Positions 38,345 to 47,587 of a DNA stretch of 64,000 bases are shown here, in pieces (positions within the stretch are counted from its first letter, which is position 1; each line of letters opens with the position of its first letter). The stretch is from positions 1,995 through 65,994 of the forward strand of contig CAINWP010000080.1 of assembly GCA_903854475.1 (NCBI GenBank). Reading direction: 5' to 3'. The notes beneath the pieces were generated by a model, which made no database searches, was not told the DNA's origin, and saw only the letters and a program-made list of their open reading frames with translations. The DNA comes from an uncultured Verrucomicrobiota bacterium. Its GTDB lineage: Bacteria; Verrucomicrobiota; Verrucomicrobiia; Limisphaerales; UBA9464. The translations under genes were made by a program, and so were the position numbers.

Positions 38345-40375
38345 ATGCTGATCTTCGACCAGTTCAACAAGGGAGAGCGGCCATTGAGATGGGTGGCTGG
38401 CGTGGTGGGTGCAGGTCTGCTGCTGTTGCTCATCGGGCTTCTGCGGGTGCAAATCTTCGGCCACCATCGCTTTGAACAGTCCCTGCAAACCCAGAGTTTC
38501 CAGTCAGTAAGGGTTCCCGCCCTCCGAGGCCGCATCCTCGACCGACAGGGTCGTGAATGCGTGGGGAACGTCCCCCGTTACCGCTTGGACGTATATCTCG
38601 AGACCCTGAGCCGAGACTTCACCCGAGAATACGGCCTGCTGCGCCGCGAGGTCGTGGCGGCACGCGGCGGCACCAATACTGCATCGCCCAAACTCTGGGA
38701 GCGGATGATGTCGAAACTCCGCCATGATCCGCCCCGGGTCTTGGTGCGCCCCGAGGAGAACAGCCTCCTCTGGAGGCAGGCCCGCTACAATGTCATCAGC
38801 AATGTGGTCTCCCGAGTTGCCAACAAGGTTGGTCTACCTCTGACACTGACCGAATCGGAACTGCACCGTCACTGGGCCAACAGTCGCGCCCTGCCGCTGG
38901 CTGTGCTCAAGAAACTGACTCCGCAGCAAGTTTCACTTCTAACCGAGCAATCCTGGTCCATCCGGGGAATTAGCATCGAGCTCCAGGCTGTCCGCAATTA
39001 TCCGCAGGGCCCAATGGCCGCTCACACACTGGGGTATCTGGTTCGCGCGGATGATTTCGAAGGCGAGGAAGGCGAATCGTTCGACTACCGCCTGCGGGAT
39101 TATCGAGGGGCCGCCGGCCTGGAAGCAGCCTTCGACACCGCCCTCCGAGGCATTTCGGGCTCCAAGAGCATCCTCGTCAACAGCGATGGGTATCGGGTGG
39201 GAGAGACCATAACCACTGCGCCAGTGCCCGGGCAGAACCTGATCACCACCCTCGACATCGAGGTCCAGAAGGCAACCGAGTCAGCGCTGTCTGCAGTGAG
39301 CGGCGAGGAACGGGGTGCAGTGGTCGTGCTGGACGTGCGCAATGGGGATGTCCTGGCCGTCGCCAGTGCTCCAAGTTTCGATCCAGGCGAGTGGATCGAT
39401 GGCATCAGCCGGGCCCGCTGGACCAACTACTACGATGTCCCGAAGCGGACGCCCCTAATGAACCGGGCCACCGACGGCGCTTATTCCCCAGGTTCCACCT
39501 TCAAGATTGTGACTGCCTTGGCGGCCTTAGAGAATGGTTTGGACCCCGATCGAGTGCAGATTGTGGAATCAAACCCCTCCAAACCGGGCAAGGGCCTCTT
39601 CCAGCGGGGCAACATCCGGATCGAGGACACCGCCCCCCCAGGTCCCTACGATTTCAGGCGTGCCTTCATCCGCTCCTCCAACGCCTACTTTATTCAACTA
39701 GGACTCGATGCCGGCTACGACCGACTGCTGTCCACCGCCCACCGGTTTCACTTCGGAGAACAGACACGCATCCAACTGCGCCCTACCGAAGAGCGGTCCG
39801 GTTGGATGCCCGAGCCCGCCGAGGCTCGAGCTGAGCGCTGGCCCCAAGGACGACTCGCCAACTTCAGCATCGGCCAAGAGATCACGGTCACCCCATTGCA
39901 ACTCGCCGTGATGGTCGCGGCAGTGGCCAATGGCGGCACGGTTTATTACCCCCGCCTAGTCGACCGCCTCGAATCGGGGGATCCGCTCAGCGAAGAGGTA
40001 CCTAGCTCCATTCGCCCCGGTCAGGTGCGCAGCCGCTTGGAGACCCGCCCCGAATACCTCGCCCGCATCCGAGCCGCCATGCGCGACGACGTTCTGGATC
40101 CCGAAGGCACAGGCACCAGCGCCCGCGTTGCCGATTACACAGTCTGCGGCAAGACAGGAACCGCCGAGATCAAGGGCAACGGGGTGAAGGACAAAGTAAC
40201 CTGGTTTGCCAGCTTCGCCCCCTTCGAATCACCGCGCTATGCCGTGGTCGTGATGGTGGAAAGTGGCGCCTCAGGAGGTCGCACCTGCGGCCCGGTAGCC
40301 CAGAAAATCTACGAACACCTGCGCGCGCGGGATGCGGGGTCCGGCCGGCCTATCGCCCTTAACCCGGCGCCCTAA
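38345..40375 (+). CDS. mrdA: Penicillin-binding protein 2 (elongasome transpeptidase)
   Basis: SxxK motif SPGSTFKIVTA, SSN (IRSSNAYF), and KTGTAE. It lies between mreD and rodA. Confidence 0.92.
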   Translation: MLIFDQFNKGERPLRWVAGVVGAGLLLLLIGLLRVQIFGHHRFEQSLQTQSFQSVRVPALRGRILDRQGRECVGNVPRYRLDVYLETLSRDFTREYGLLRREVVAARGGTNTASPKLWERMMSKLRHDPPRVLVRPEENSLLWRQARYNVISNVVSRVANKVGLPLTLTESELHRHWANSRALPLAVLKKLTPQQVSLLTEQSWSIRGISIELQAVRNYPQGPMAAHTLGYLVRADDFEGEEGESFDYRLRDYRGAAGLEAAFDTALRGISGSKSILVNSDGYRVGETITTAPVPGQNLITTLDIEVQKATESALSAVSGEERGAVVVLDVRNGDVLAVASAPSFDPGEWIDGISRARWTNYYDVPKRTPLMNRATDGAYSPGSTFKIVTALAALENGLDPDRVQIVESNPSKPGKGLFQRGNIRIEDTAPPGPYDFRRAFIRSSNAYFIQLGLDAGYDRLLSTAHRFHFGEQTRIQLRPTEERSGWMPEPAEARAERWPQGRLANFSIGQEITVTPLQLAVMVAAVANGGTVYYPRLVDRLESGDPLSEEVPSSIRPGQVRSRLETRPEYLARIRAAMRDDVLDPEGTGTSARVADYTVCGKTGTAEIKGNGVKDKVTWFASFAPFESPRYAVVVMVESGASGGRTCGPVAQKIYEHLRARDAGSGRPIALNPAP

Positions 40376-40378
40376 ACC

Positions 40379-41590
40379 ATGACCCCGCTCTCCCTCCAGA
40401 ATCGCCGTGCCGAGGCAGACATCTTGTGGCCCCTTTGGCTCTCGGTGTTGGGTCTGATGATCATCAGCGCGATGTTCATATTCAGCACCACCGGCGGCAC
40501 CGAGATAACGCGCGGTGTCCCGTGGTACCTATGGACGGCTACCCGCCAGGTGATCGCCTTTGGCATTGGTCTCTTCGTGGTTCTCGGACTCAGTCTGGTG
40601 GACTACAGCCGAATGGCACGGTGGGCCATGGTTGGCTACTGGGTATCCATCGCCCTGCTCATGGCAGTCCATGTCCTAGGCACCTCCCGCAACGGCGCGC
40701 GGCGTTGGCTGGATCTGGGCCCGATCCAATTCCAGCCGAGCGAATTGGCCAAACTGACTTTCCTGTTCGCCATGGCTAACTTTTTGGCGCGCCCCTCTTC
40801 GGAGCTCCGCTCGCCCAGCGTCTTCCTGAAGGCCCTCATGCTCACACTTCTACCACTGGGCCTAATCCTTAAACAACCCGATCTGGGTTCATCCCTCGTC
40901 TTTCTGCCCATCACTCTGGTCATGATGCTGGTAGCTGGGGTTCCACAGCGCTTTGTGATCAAGCTTTTGGGGGGAGCGTTCCTCATCGTCAGCCTGATCG
41001 CCATCGACATCTTCATTGCACCCGAGAACTGGCGACTCATCCGCCTTCAAGACTATCAGCGCGAACGGTTGCTGGTTTATTTCAACGCCGATTTTGCCCC
41101 AGCTTCAGCCACCCCAGAACAACGCCAGAGGGCCGCACAGCGCAAGCGGCAGATGTCTTGGAATGTAGAGCAGGCGCTCATCTCAGTCGGCTCAGGCGGT
41201 TTCACTGGCAAAGGGTGGCGCGAGGGCACTCAGCACCGTCTGGGTTACCTGCCCCGACTGGGCGCCCACAATGACTTCATCTTCTCGGTCATCGCCGAGG
41301 AGCGTGGCTTCATCGGAAGCGTCGCCGTCGTCACCCTCTACGGCATCGTCCTATTCAGCGGCATCAAGACCGCTGGAGAATCACGCGACCGGCTCGGGCG
41401 CCTACTGGCCGTCGGCATCGTTACCCTCTTCTTCACACACATCTTCGTGAACATCGGCATGAACATCAAACTGATGCCGGTCACGGGCATTCCACTGCCC
41501 CTGCTCAGTGCAGGCGGAACCTCAGTGCTCTGCTCACTGATCGCGGTCGGTGTTCTTCAAAACATCCATTTGTACCGGAAACGGTACTAA
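40379..41590 (+). CDS. rodA: Rod shape-determining protein RodA (SEDS family)
   Basis: FtsW/RodA/SpoVE layout with FQPSELAKL, HNDFIFSVIAEERGF and PLPLLSAGGTS. Confidence 0.92.
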   Translation: MTPLSLQNRRAEADILWPLWLSVLGLMIISAMFIFSTTGGTEITRGVPWYLWTATRQVIAFGIGLFVVLGLSLVDYSRMARWAMVGYWVSIALLMAVHVLGTSRNGARRWLDLGPIQFQPSELAKLTFLFAMANFLARPSSELRSPSVFLKALMLTLLPLGLILKQPDLGSSLVFLPITLVMMLVAGVPQRFVIKLLGGAFLIVSLIAIDIFIAPENWRLIRLQDYQRERLLVYFNADFAPASATPEQRQRAAQRKRQMSWNVEQALISVGSGGFTGKGWREGTQHRLGYLPRLGAHNDFIFSVIAEERGFIGSVAVVTLYGIVLFSGIKTAGESRDRLGRLLAVGIVTLFFTHIFVNIGMNIKLMPVTGIPLPLLSAGGTSVLCSLIAVGVLQNIHLYRKRY

Positions 41591-41593
41591 AAC

Positions 41594-43597
41594 TTGAATC
41601 CTACAGACATGAGTCAACAGACATTCAAACGCGGCAAGGTACCGATGCGTTTCAAGCCCACCAGAGGAATCGGCTCGCCGAACCTCAACCGATCTGCTGC
41701 CAACGCCCGCATGGAGGCCATCGGCGAGAAAACCGTTGAAGAACGGGTCTTCGACATCCGGCGTCACGAGTCGGAAATCCGGCGCGCTGAAAACCGTGCG
41801 GCCGGACTCCCCGAGGACACCATCGACGCCCCGGAGGTCAATCTGAGCAAGAACGGCCGGGACCAGACCTACCGCTCCCCCGATCTCTCTCGCCCCGAGG
41901 AGGCGCACGAAGAGCCGGCCGAACAGGCACCAAAACCACCTCGCGAACCTAAGGGTCTTATGGAAAAAGCGCGGGCCGCGGTCAAAGAGGTGGTCAAGAA
42001 GGTCAAACAACTCATCCGACCCGAGGAAAAGATCATCAAGGAAGTGGTGATTAACGCCGAACCTCTTGAAACCCGCGTCGCGGTGCTAGAGGAGAGCAAA
42101 CTGGAAGACCTCACGGTCGAACGAACCGCCGATGACCGCCTCGTTGGCTCAATCTATAAGGGCAAGGTAAAGAACCTCGAAGATGGACTGAAGGCTGCCT
42201 TCGTGGACATCGGCTTCGAGAAAAACGCCTTCCTCCATTACTGGGATATTATTCCCAACACATTCGATTCCAGCGTTGAGATCGTGGAACGCGATGACAC
42301 GGGCAAATCTCGCCGGAAGGAAAAACCCAAGATCACCCAGAAGGATGTCCCCCGACTCTTCCCGCCAGGAAGCGAGATCATCATCCAGGTGACCAAGGGA
42401 CCGATCGGCACCAAGGGACCGCGCGTCACGACCAACCTTTCCTTGCCCGGCCGCTATCTTGTCCTGCTACCCAATTCCGACCAGTCGGGTATCAGCCGCA
42501 AGATCGAGAACGTGGAGGAGCGCCAGCGCCTCAAAAAAATCGTCCGCGAACTGACCATTCCCGAGGGCATGGGAGTCATCATCCGCACCGCCGGTGAAGA
42601 AAAGCGCAAGGCGTACTTCGTTCGTGATCTCGCCCTGCTGCTGGAGGAGTGGAAGCTCATCCAAGAACGAATTAAGAGCCAGCCGATGGCCTCCTGCGTT
42701 TATCAAGAGCCCGACCTCATCGAACGCACTGTCCGCGACTTCCTCACCGAAGACGTCGACAAGATCGTTATCGACGACCTCAAGAAGTTCGAATCTATCC
42801 GCGACAGCATTAAGCGCATCAGCCCCCGTTCTGTGCGCAAGGTGCACTTCTACAACGAGGCGGAGCCGCTGTTCGACCGCTACAACATCACCCGCCAACT
42901 CGAGGCTGCTTTCAGCCGCCAGGTGAACCTCAAGAGCGGCGGTTACCTCATCATCGACGAAACCGAAGCCCTCGTGGCTATCGACGTAAACACCGGCAAG
43001 CACAAGCAGGCCGGCACCAAGGATCACGACGCGACGATTCTCAAAGTGAACCAGGACGCCGCCGATGAAATCGCCCGCCAACTCCGCCTGCGGAACATGG
43101 GCGGCATCATCGTCCTAGACTTCATCGACATGAAGTCGCGCCGCGACCAGCAGTCCATTTATCAGCGGATGAAGGACAACCTCAAACGGGACAAGGCCAA
43201 GACACACGTCCTGCCTCTCTCGCAGCTCGGGCTCATGGAAATGACCCGCCAGCGCCAGACGGAGAGCGTTCGTTCATCGCTCTACGACGACTGCGAGCAC
43301 TGCACAGGCCGTGGCGTCATCAAGAGCGCCGAGACCATGAGTGTCGAAATCCAGCGCAAGCTGACCCAGATCCTCAAAGGCCGCCCACGTGACGACGGCG
43401 ATTTCCAGGTCAAGATTGTCTGCAACCCCCGCGTCCTCGATCGCTTGCGGACCCGCGACGAGAAGCTGCTCATCGAGTTGGAGAAGAAATTCTTCGCCAA
43501 ACTCAGCTTCCGCCCGGACCCCACCTATCACAATGAGGAGTGGAAGATCTTCAACGCCATGAACAACGACGAGTTGGCCAAGTCACGAAACAAGTAG
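41594..43597 (+). CDS. Ribonuclease E/G family protein with about 140-aa charged N-terminal extension
   Basis: S1 domain LVGSIYKGKVKNLEDGLKAAFVDIGFEKNAFLH, then IIDETEALVAIDVNTGK, GIIVLDFIDM and a Zn-link CEHCTGRG. Confidence 0.9.
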   Translation: MNPTDMSQQTFKRGKVPMRFKPTRGIGSPNLNRSAANARMEAIGEKTVEERVFDIRRHESEIRRAENRAAGLPEDTIDAPEVNLSKNGRDQTYRSPDLSRPEEAHEEPAEQAPKPPREPKGLMEKARAAVKEVVKKVKQLIRPEEKIIKEVVINAEPLETRVAVLEESKLEDLTVERTADDRLVGSIYKGKVKNLEDGLKAAFVDIGFEKNAFLHYWDIIPNTFDSSVEIVERDDTGKSRRKEKPKITQKDVPRLFPPGSEIIIQVTKGPIGTKGPRVTTNLSLPGRYLVLLPNSDQSGISRKIENVEERQRLKKIVRELTIPEGMGVIIRTAGEEKRKAYFVRDLALLLEEWKLIQERIKSQPMASCVYQEPDLIERTVRDFLTEDVDKIVIDDLKKFESIRDSIKRISPRSVRKVHFYNEAEPLFDRYNITRQLEAAFSRQVNLKSGGYLIIDETEALVAIDVNTGKHKQAGTKDHDATILKVNQDAADEIARQLRLRNMGGIIVLDFIDMKSRRDQQSIYQRMKDNLKRDKAKTHVLPLSQLGLMEMTRQRQTESVRSSLYDDCEHCTGRGVIKSAETMSVEIQRKLTQILKGRPRDDGDFQVKIVCNPRVLDRLRTRDEKLLIELEKKFFAKLSFRPDPTYHNEEWKIFNAMNNDELAKSRNK

Positions 43598-43608
43598 AAG
43601 CCCCAACT

Positions 43609-43649
43609 GCCGCCTCGGCCGATTCATCGGCCGGGGCGGCTTTGTTTTT
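43609..43649 (+). terminator. Intrinsic terminator after the RNase E/G gene
   Basis: 13-bp stem GCCGCCTCGGCCG / CGGCCGGGGCGGC (one G-U pair) with a 6-nt loop, followed by TTTGTTTTT. Confidence 0.8.
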
Positions 43650-43864
43650 AAACCCCTCGTTTTTCCCAACGCCCCCACCCGATCCTTACCGCCCAATCAG
43701 CGGTGGCGAGACGGGACGAAGGAATCTATGGAGCGTCTCACGTTTCCTCCGACCACAAGCCCTTCCCGCAATGAGCCATCTTCACCGTTCCGAAAATTTC
43801 ACTGGCTCTGACCGTACGGAACGTTAGAAACAGACAGTATCCCCAACATCCGTCACTCCAAGCC

Positions 43865-44650
43865 ATGAACAGTCAACGCTGCCGCTGCACCCGTGCCTTC
43901 ACTCTGATCGAGTTACTGGTGGTCATCGCCATCATCGCCATCCTCGCCGGCATGCTCTTGCCCGCCTTGTCTCGAGCCAAATCCAAGGCGGTGAAGACCC
44001 TCTGCGCAAGCAACTGCAAGCAGTGGGGTATCGCGGTCAATCTGTACGCCTCCGACAATCAGAACTCCTTCCCAGACAACAGCGGTGGCGCCGGGTTCAG
44101 CTGGATGATGCCCACCATGAGCAACTTCTGGAACGGCTACCTCATCAAGAACCGACGATCCTCGGCCAACAACACCCGCGCGGCCAATGATGTGCTGTTC
44201 TGCCCGACCGATGACTGGCACCGCGCCGCAGAACGCGGGATGATTAGCACCGACAATGAGCCCCAATTGACCGGTTACTTCTACTTGCCTGGCCGGCGAA
44301 CCGGAGACGCCGATGTCACCGGAGGAGCCCAGGGTACTTCTGAGTGGTTTTTCAAAAAGAAACTCGGTGGCATGTACGAAGCAGCCCCCATCATCATCGA
44401 CCGCATGCAGGCCTTGGGTTCCAAGACGACCAACATGCTCGACCCCAAGCTGAACTGGTTCACCGATTACAATGGTAAGAAAGTGGCCACAGCCGTTCAC
44501 CGAATCACCCGGGGTGCACCCGAAGGCGGCAACTTCGGCTTCGAAGACGGCCACGTTGAATGGCAGTCCAACAAGCGAGTCTCCCTCGGCTCCGACTACG
44601 GCGGTTGGCAATGCTTCTTCAAGATCTCGGTAGCCACCCCTGTTCAGTGA
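43865..44650 (+). CDS. Prepilin-type N-terminal cleavage/methylation domain protein, DUF1559-like
   Basis: Short leader, then [34 protein letters not shown]. The C-terminus reads [13 protein letters not shown]. Confidence 0.85.
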   Translation: MNSQRCRCTRAFTLIELLVVIAIIAILAGMLLPALSRAKSKAVKTLCASNCKQWGIAVNLYASDNQNSFPDNSGGAGFSWMMPTMSNFWNGYLIKNRRSSANNTRAANDVLFCPTDDWHRAAERGMISTDNEPQLTGYFYLPGRRTGDADVTGGAQGTSEWFFKKKLGGMYEAAPIIIDRMQALGSKTTNMLDPKLNWFTDYNGKKVATAVHRITRGAPEGGNFGFEDGHVEWQSNKRVSLGSDYGGWQCFFKISVATPVQ

Positions 44651-44752
44651 TTCATCTCGTGAGCCGGCCTTCCAGCTCACAGAGAACGCGCCCGGCGATT
44701 TTGGATCGACCCCGAGGACTCGCTCTTTGTCAGACGACATTCCAACCGAGGC

Positions 44753-45904
44753 TCACTCCCGGCGGAAAGTCAGCACGGGCATGTCCCGCAGGCTAGATCG
44801 CCGCAAGACTGCAATGTACCGACGGGACAAAGCCCCCAAACGCGCAGTGACGCGAACTTCGAAGGTGCTGCTGACGGTCGAGAAAACCGCTAGCGGCGTG
44901 CCTTGGTTGGGCATCACCGGAACTCCCTGCAAGCGGGCGATGTCTTGGGGCCCGCGGGCTGGTGTGTCATCATAAGTGCCATCCACCCCATCCATGCCCG
45001 CGCGCTGTTCTTGGATGTTGCGGGCAATATTTTCGTCCCCACCACAGGCCATGACCAAAACAGGGTACGGAGCCGTGTTGATATTCACCTGACCGCTGGA
45101 CACCGCCGAGAACACGTCCGCCAAGCCCACCGACCCTGCGATACTCTGTCCCAGAAAGGTGGATTGGACACGCCGCCCCATTGAATCAACCGAGTGCTTA
45201 CCGCCACTGCCGCCACTTTCGCCTGTACCACCGCCACTGCGGGGTCCCCAGTACAACTGCGGAGTGATTCCTCGGATTTTGAGCAATTCCGACATGTCAT
45301 CGATCGGGCCATTCTTGGCGACATAGGGAGGATTGAGCATCCGGTAAAAATCGCTCTCTGCGCCGCCACCCATGGCCGAATCGTCATTGGGGTCGATCCA
45401 GTCTCGAATTGCCGAAGAGACATCGGCTGAATCCGAACCTCCGGCACCACATATCTGCAAGATCAGCTCCAGCAACTGAGGATTGCGCGTGGCGATGGAA
45501 TTAATGTTCAGGTATCGCTCCGCATCCATGATCTCGATGGAAATGGTACCATCTCCAAGAGGCACCTCCGTCAAGGAGACACCCTCAAAGGGATTGTCCG
45601 CGATATTTGTCGGGCCCACGCCTCCGGCCCAAAACTGATTGAGTCCGTCATAGGTCTGTTCGCCGGGTATCTGCCGAGACAACGACAGAACCCATTTGGC
45701 CATCTCAATGCCTGAGCGTCCCATCCATTCCATTTCGCTCTCGCTTTGGGTGCGAGTCGCCAGGCGCCCCTCAACCTTCATCGTGTAGGCAAAGGCTGTG
45801 ACGATCACCGCCATTGCGAAGATCAGCAACATGACCATCAACAGCGCCACACCCCGCTGACAATTTTTGGGGCTACCCTGTGTCTGGACGACGTTATTCA
45901 TCAT
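44753..45904 (-). CDS. gspK: Type II secretion system protein K-like (GspK)
   Basis: RGVALLMVMLLIFAMAVIVTAF..., IRDWIDPNDD, and VNINTAPYPVLV helix-hairpin-helix-type motifs. ATG 45904 overlaps the upstream stop (ATGA). Confidence 0.75.
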   Translation of the reverse strand: MMNNVVQTQGSPKNCQRGVALLMVMLLIFAMAVIVTAFAYTMKVEGRLATRTQSESEMEWMGRSGIEMAKWVLSLSRQIPGEQTYDGLNQFWAGGVGPTNIADNPFEGVSLTEVPLGDGTISIEIMDAERYLNINSIATRNPQLLELILQICGAGGSDSADVSSAIRDWIDPNDDSAMGGGAESDFYRMLNPPYVAKNGPIDDMSELLKIRGITPQLYWGPRSGGGTGESGGSGGKHSVDSMGRRVQSTFLGQSIAGSVGLADVFSAVSSGQVNINTAPYPVLVMACGGDENIARNIQEQRAGMDGVDGTYDDTPARGPQDIARLQGVPVMPNQGTPLAVFSTVSSTFEVRVTARLGALSRRYIAVLRRSSLRDMPVLTFRRE

Positions 45905-46593
45905 GGGGCACCTCCGATCACTCCCTGAGCCTCGCGGGGCACCGCAACGGTCGGTAAGCGAACCACCCGGCTGACGATTTGCGCTGGCTCCCGAGAACCC
46001 TTTGACACACCAAAACCCAGTGTCACACGAACGATCACCGGCAACTGGTTGGTCGAAAGCCATTCCTCGACAAAGTCCCGCTGCTGACCATCCCAAAACT
46101 CCAACTGGAAGAGCTGAACCTCACGCGCCAAGACAATGCTCGCCGGCTCGCCGCCGCTCTCGAAGTCTGCCAGCAAGGAGTTCTGTTCGAGCACCAGGTC
46201 GTTGCCGCCCGGAGGAACGTAGAAACTGACACGGCGAATGCGTTCGCCTCCGAACATACCGCTATTTGGGAACGAATCCGAAAGGTCGGCCGCAAAGCTC
46301 ACCGCGGCAAATTGACCCGCCGTGTCGGCTTGGAAGAAGTACAGCCGCGGATTGGATGCAAACATCGTGGCCGACGCGAGGGCGTCTTCGACGGTGCGCA
46401 TGGCCATGCGAGCCCGCTGAGAATCTGTGGTTGAACGGATGGCAGCCTGCGAACTCTGGAAGATCAGCCTCCAAGTCGAGTAGATCATCATGAGGATCAG
46501 AGCGAAGAGGAAGATAGCCACCATGACCTCCATCACCGTGAAGCCTCCCCGCCGCAAAGACCGGGTGCTGCCCCCCCTCAATCCTCTCATCAT
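45901..46593 (-). CDS. Minor pseudopilin, GspJ-like
   Basis: Prepilin motif RRGGFTVMEVMVAIFLFALIL, with size and position upstream of gspK. Confidence 0.55.
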   Translation of the reverse strand: MMRGLRGGSTRSLRRGGFTVMEVMVAIFLFALILMMIYSTWRLIFQSSQAAIRSTTDSQRARMAMRTVEDALASATMFASNPRLYFFQADTAGQFAAVSFAADLSDSFPNSGMFGGERIRRVSFYVPPGGNDLVLEQNSLLADFESGGEPASIVLAREVQLFQLEFWDGQQRDFVEEWLSTNQLPVIVRVTLGFGVSKGSREPAQIVSRVVRLPTVAVPREAQGVIGGAP

Positions 46594-46991
46594 CGGGCCC
46601 CCTGCACATATTGTTTGGGAAAATAGAGTGCGCTCATGCGGCGCTCCGAACCTTTAGGACCACCTACGATGACAAAGTCGGCACGAAACAAACCGTTGGT
46701 TCCCACCTCATAGACCGAACGGCTCCATTGGTAGCCGGGGTAGAGCTTGCCGAAGTCGCCATGGTCGGACATTTCTTCTAGGCGATTGGAAATGGACAAT
46801 TCGGCCGCCAAGCTGCTGGCGTCCACCTCGACCCGATTGAGGGACTTCGCCGACTTGAGAGCGGTGGAACACACCGAGATGAAACCGAAAAGAGCCAAAG
46901 CCATGATGGCCGAGGCGACAGCCACCTCGATCAGTGTGAACGCCGCACCGGCCTGACCACGGCGGGCTGTGATGACAGGATGGCACTTCAT
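46590..46991 (-). CDS. Minor pseudopilin, GspI-like
   Basis: Prepilin motif GAAFTLIEVAVASAIMAL, 133 aa. The start is set at ATG 46991, which overlaps the upstream stop (ATGA). Confidence 0.55.
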   Translation of the reverse strand: MKCHPVITARRGQAGAAFTLIEVAVASAIMALALFGFISVCSTALKSAKSLNRVEVDASSLAAELSISNRLEEMSDHGDFGKLYPGYQWSRSVYEVGTNGLFRADFVIVGGPKGSERRMSALYFPKQYVQGAR

Positions 46992-47575
46992 CGAAGGTCC
47001 TCGATCGAAAGCCGCGCCGTGATGACTTCCAAAACAAGTCGCTTCACGTCGAGTCCTCCTTTCAGCCAACTGAGTTCGGCGGTCATCGCGTCGCTCGTTC
47101 CATTGGGAAAAAACCGGATCGCAGCCAACGGGGAACTCATCATGTTCTGTCCGTTCACCAAAAGACTCCGGAAGGCCACATCGTCATTGAGTTGCCCATG
47201 GTACGGAGGTTTAGCCAAGGGACCAGAACTCATGGACTCGGAATCCCGAAGTCTATCAAACGAGGCCATCGAAACCCCGTTGGTGGCTCCCATCACGCCT
47301 TCTGGAGCGGGTTCAACCAGAACCCTGCCCTCTGCACCATAGAGCACCACCTGCATCGGTCGATTGCCCATGATGGCCCGGGCCCGCGCTTCATTGCAGG
47401 CCGATTCTATCACCTCGAGGGCCTCGGCCATGGGCCCCTTCTTGGTGGCCATGAAGCGGGGAACCGCCACGAACATCATCACGGACACAAGCATCACCGC
47501 CACTACCAGTTCGATCATGGTGAAGGCAGCGCGGGCGGCGGCACCTTGGAATCGAATGTGGAAGGCAGTCCTCAT
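46988..47575 (-). CDS. Pseudopilin, GspH/FimT-like
   Basis: Prepilin motif RAAFTMIELVVAVMLVSVMM, 195 aa. It is the first pseudopilin after gspF. Confidence 0.55.
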   Translation of the reverse strand: MRTAFHIRFQGAAARAAFTMIELVVAVMLVSVMMFVAVPRFMATKKGPMAEALEVIESACNEARARAIMGNRPMQVVLYGAEGRVLVEPAPEGVMGATNGVSMASFDRLRDSESMSSGPLAKPPYHGQLNDDVAFRSLLVNGQNMMSSPLAAIRFFPNGTSDAMTAELSWLKGGLDVKRLVLEVITARLSIEDLR

Positions 47576-47587
47576 CGCTTCAGTCTC

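Noticed and set aside
42393-42419. Two CCAAGGGAC 9-mers resembling the start of the repeat unit
   Set aside because: They are explained by a duplicated peptide (TKGPIGTKGP) in RNase E/G, and the match does not extend into the AGGCTC half of the core.
44655-44685. Bidirectional terminator between the convergent pilin-like gene and gspK
   Set aside because: The hairpin TCTCGTGAGC...GCTCACAGAGA is imperfect and lacks U/A tracts on either side.
43913-44740. 275-aa minus-strand ORF
   Set aside because: It is antisense to the DUF1559 pilin-like gene, which has an unmistakable prepilin motif. The antisense translation is featureless.
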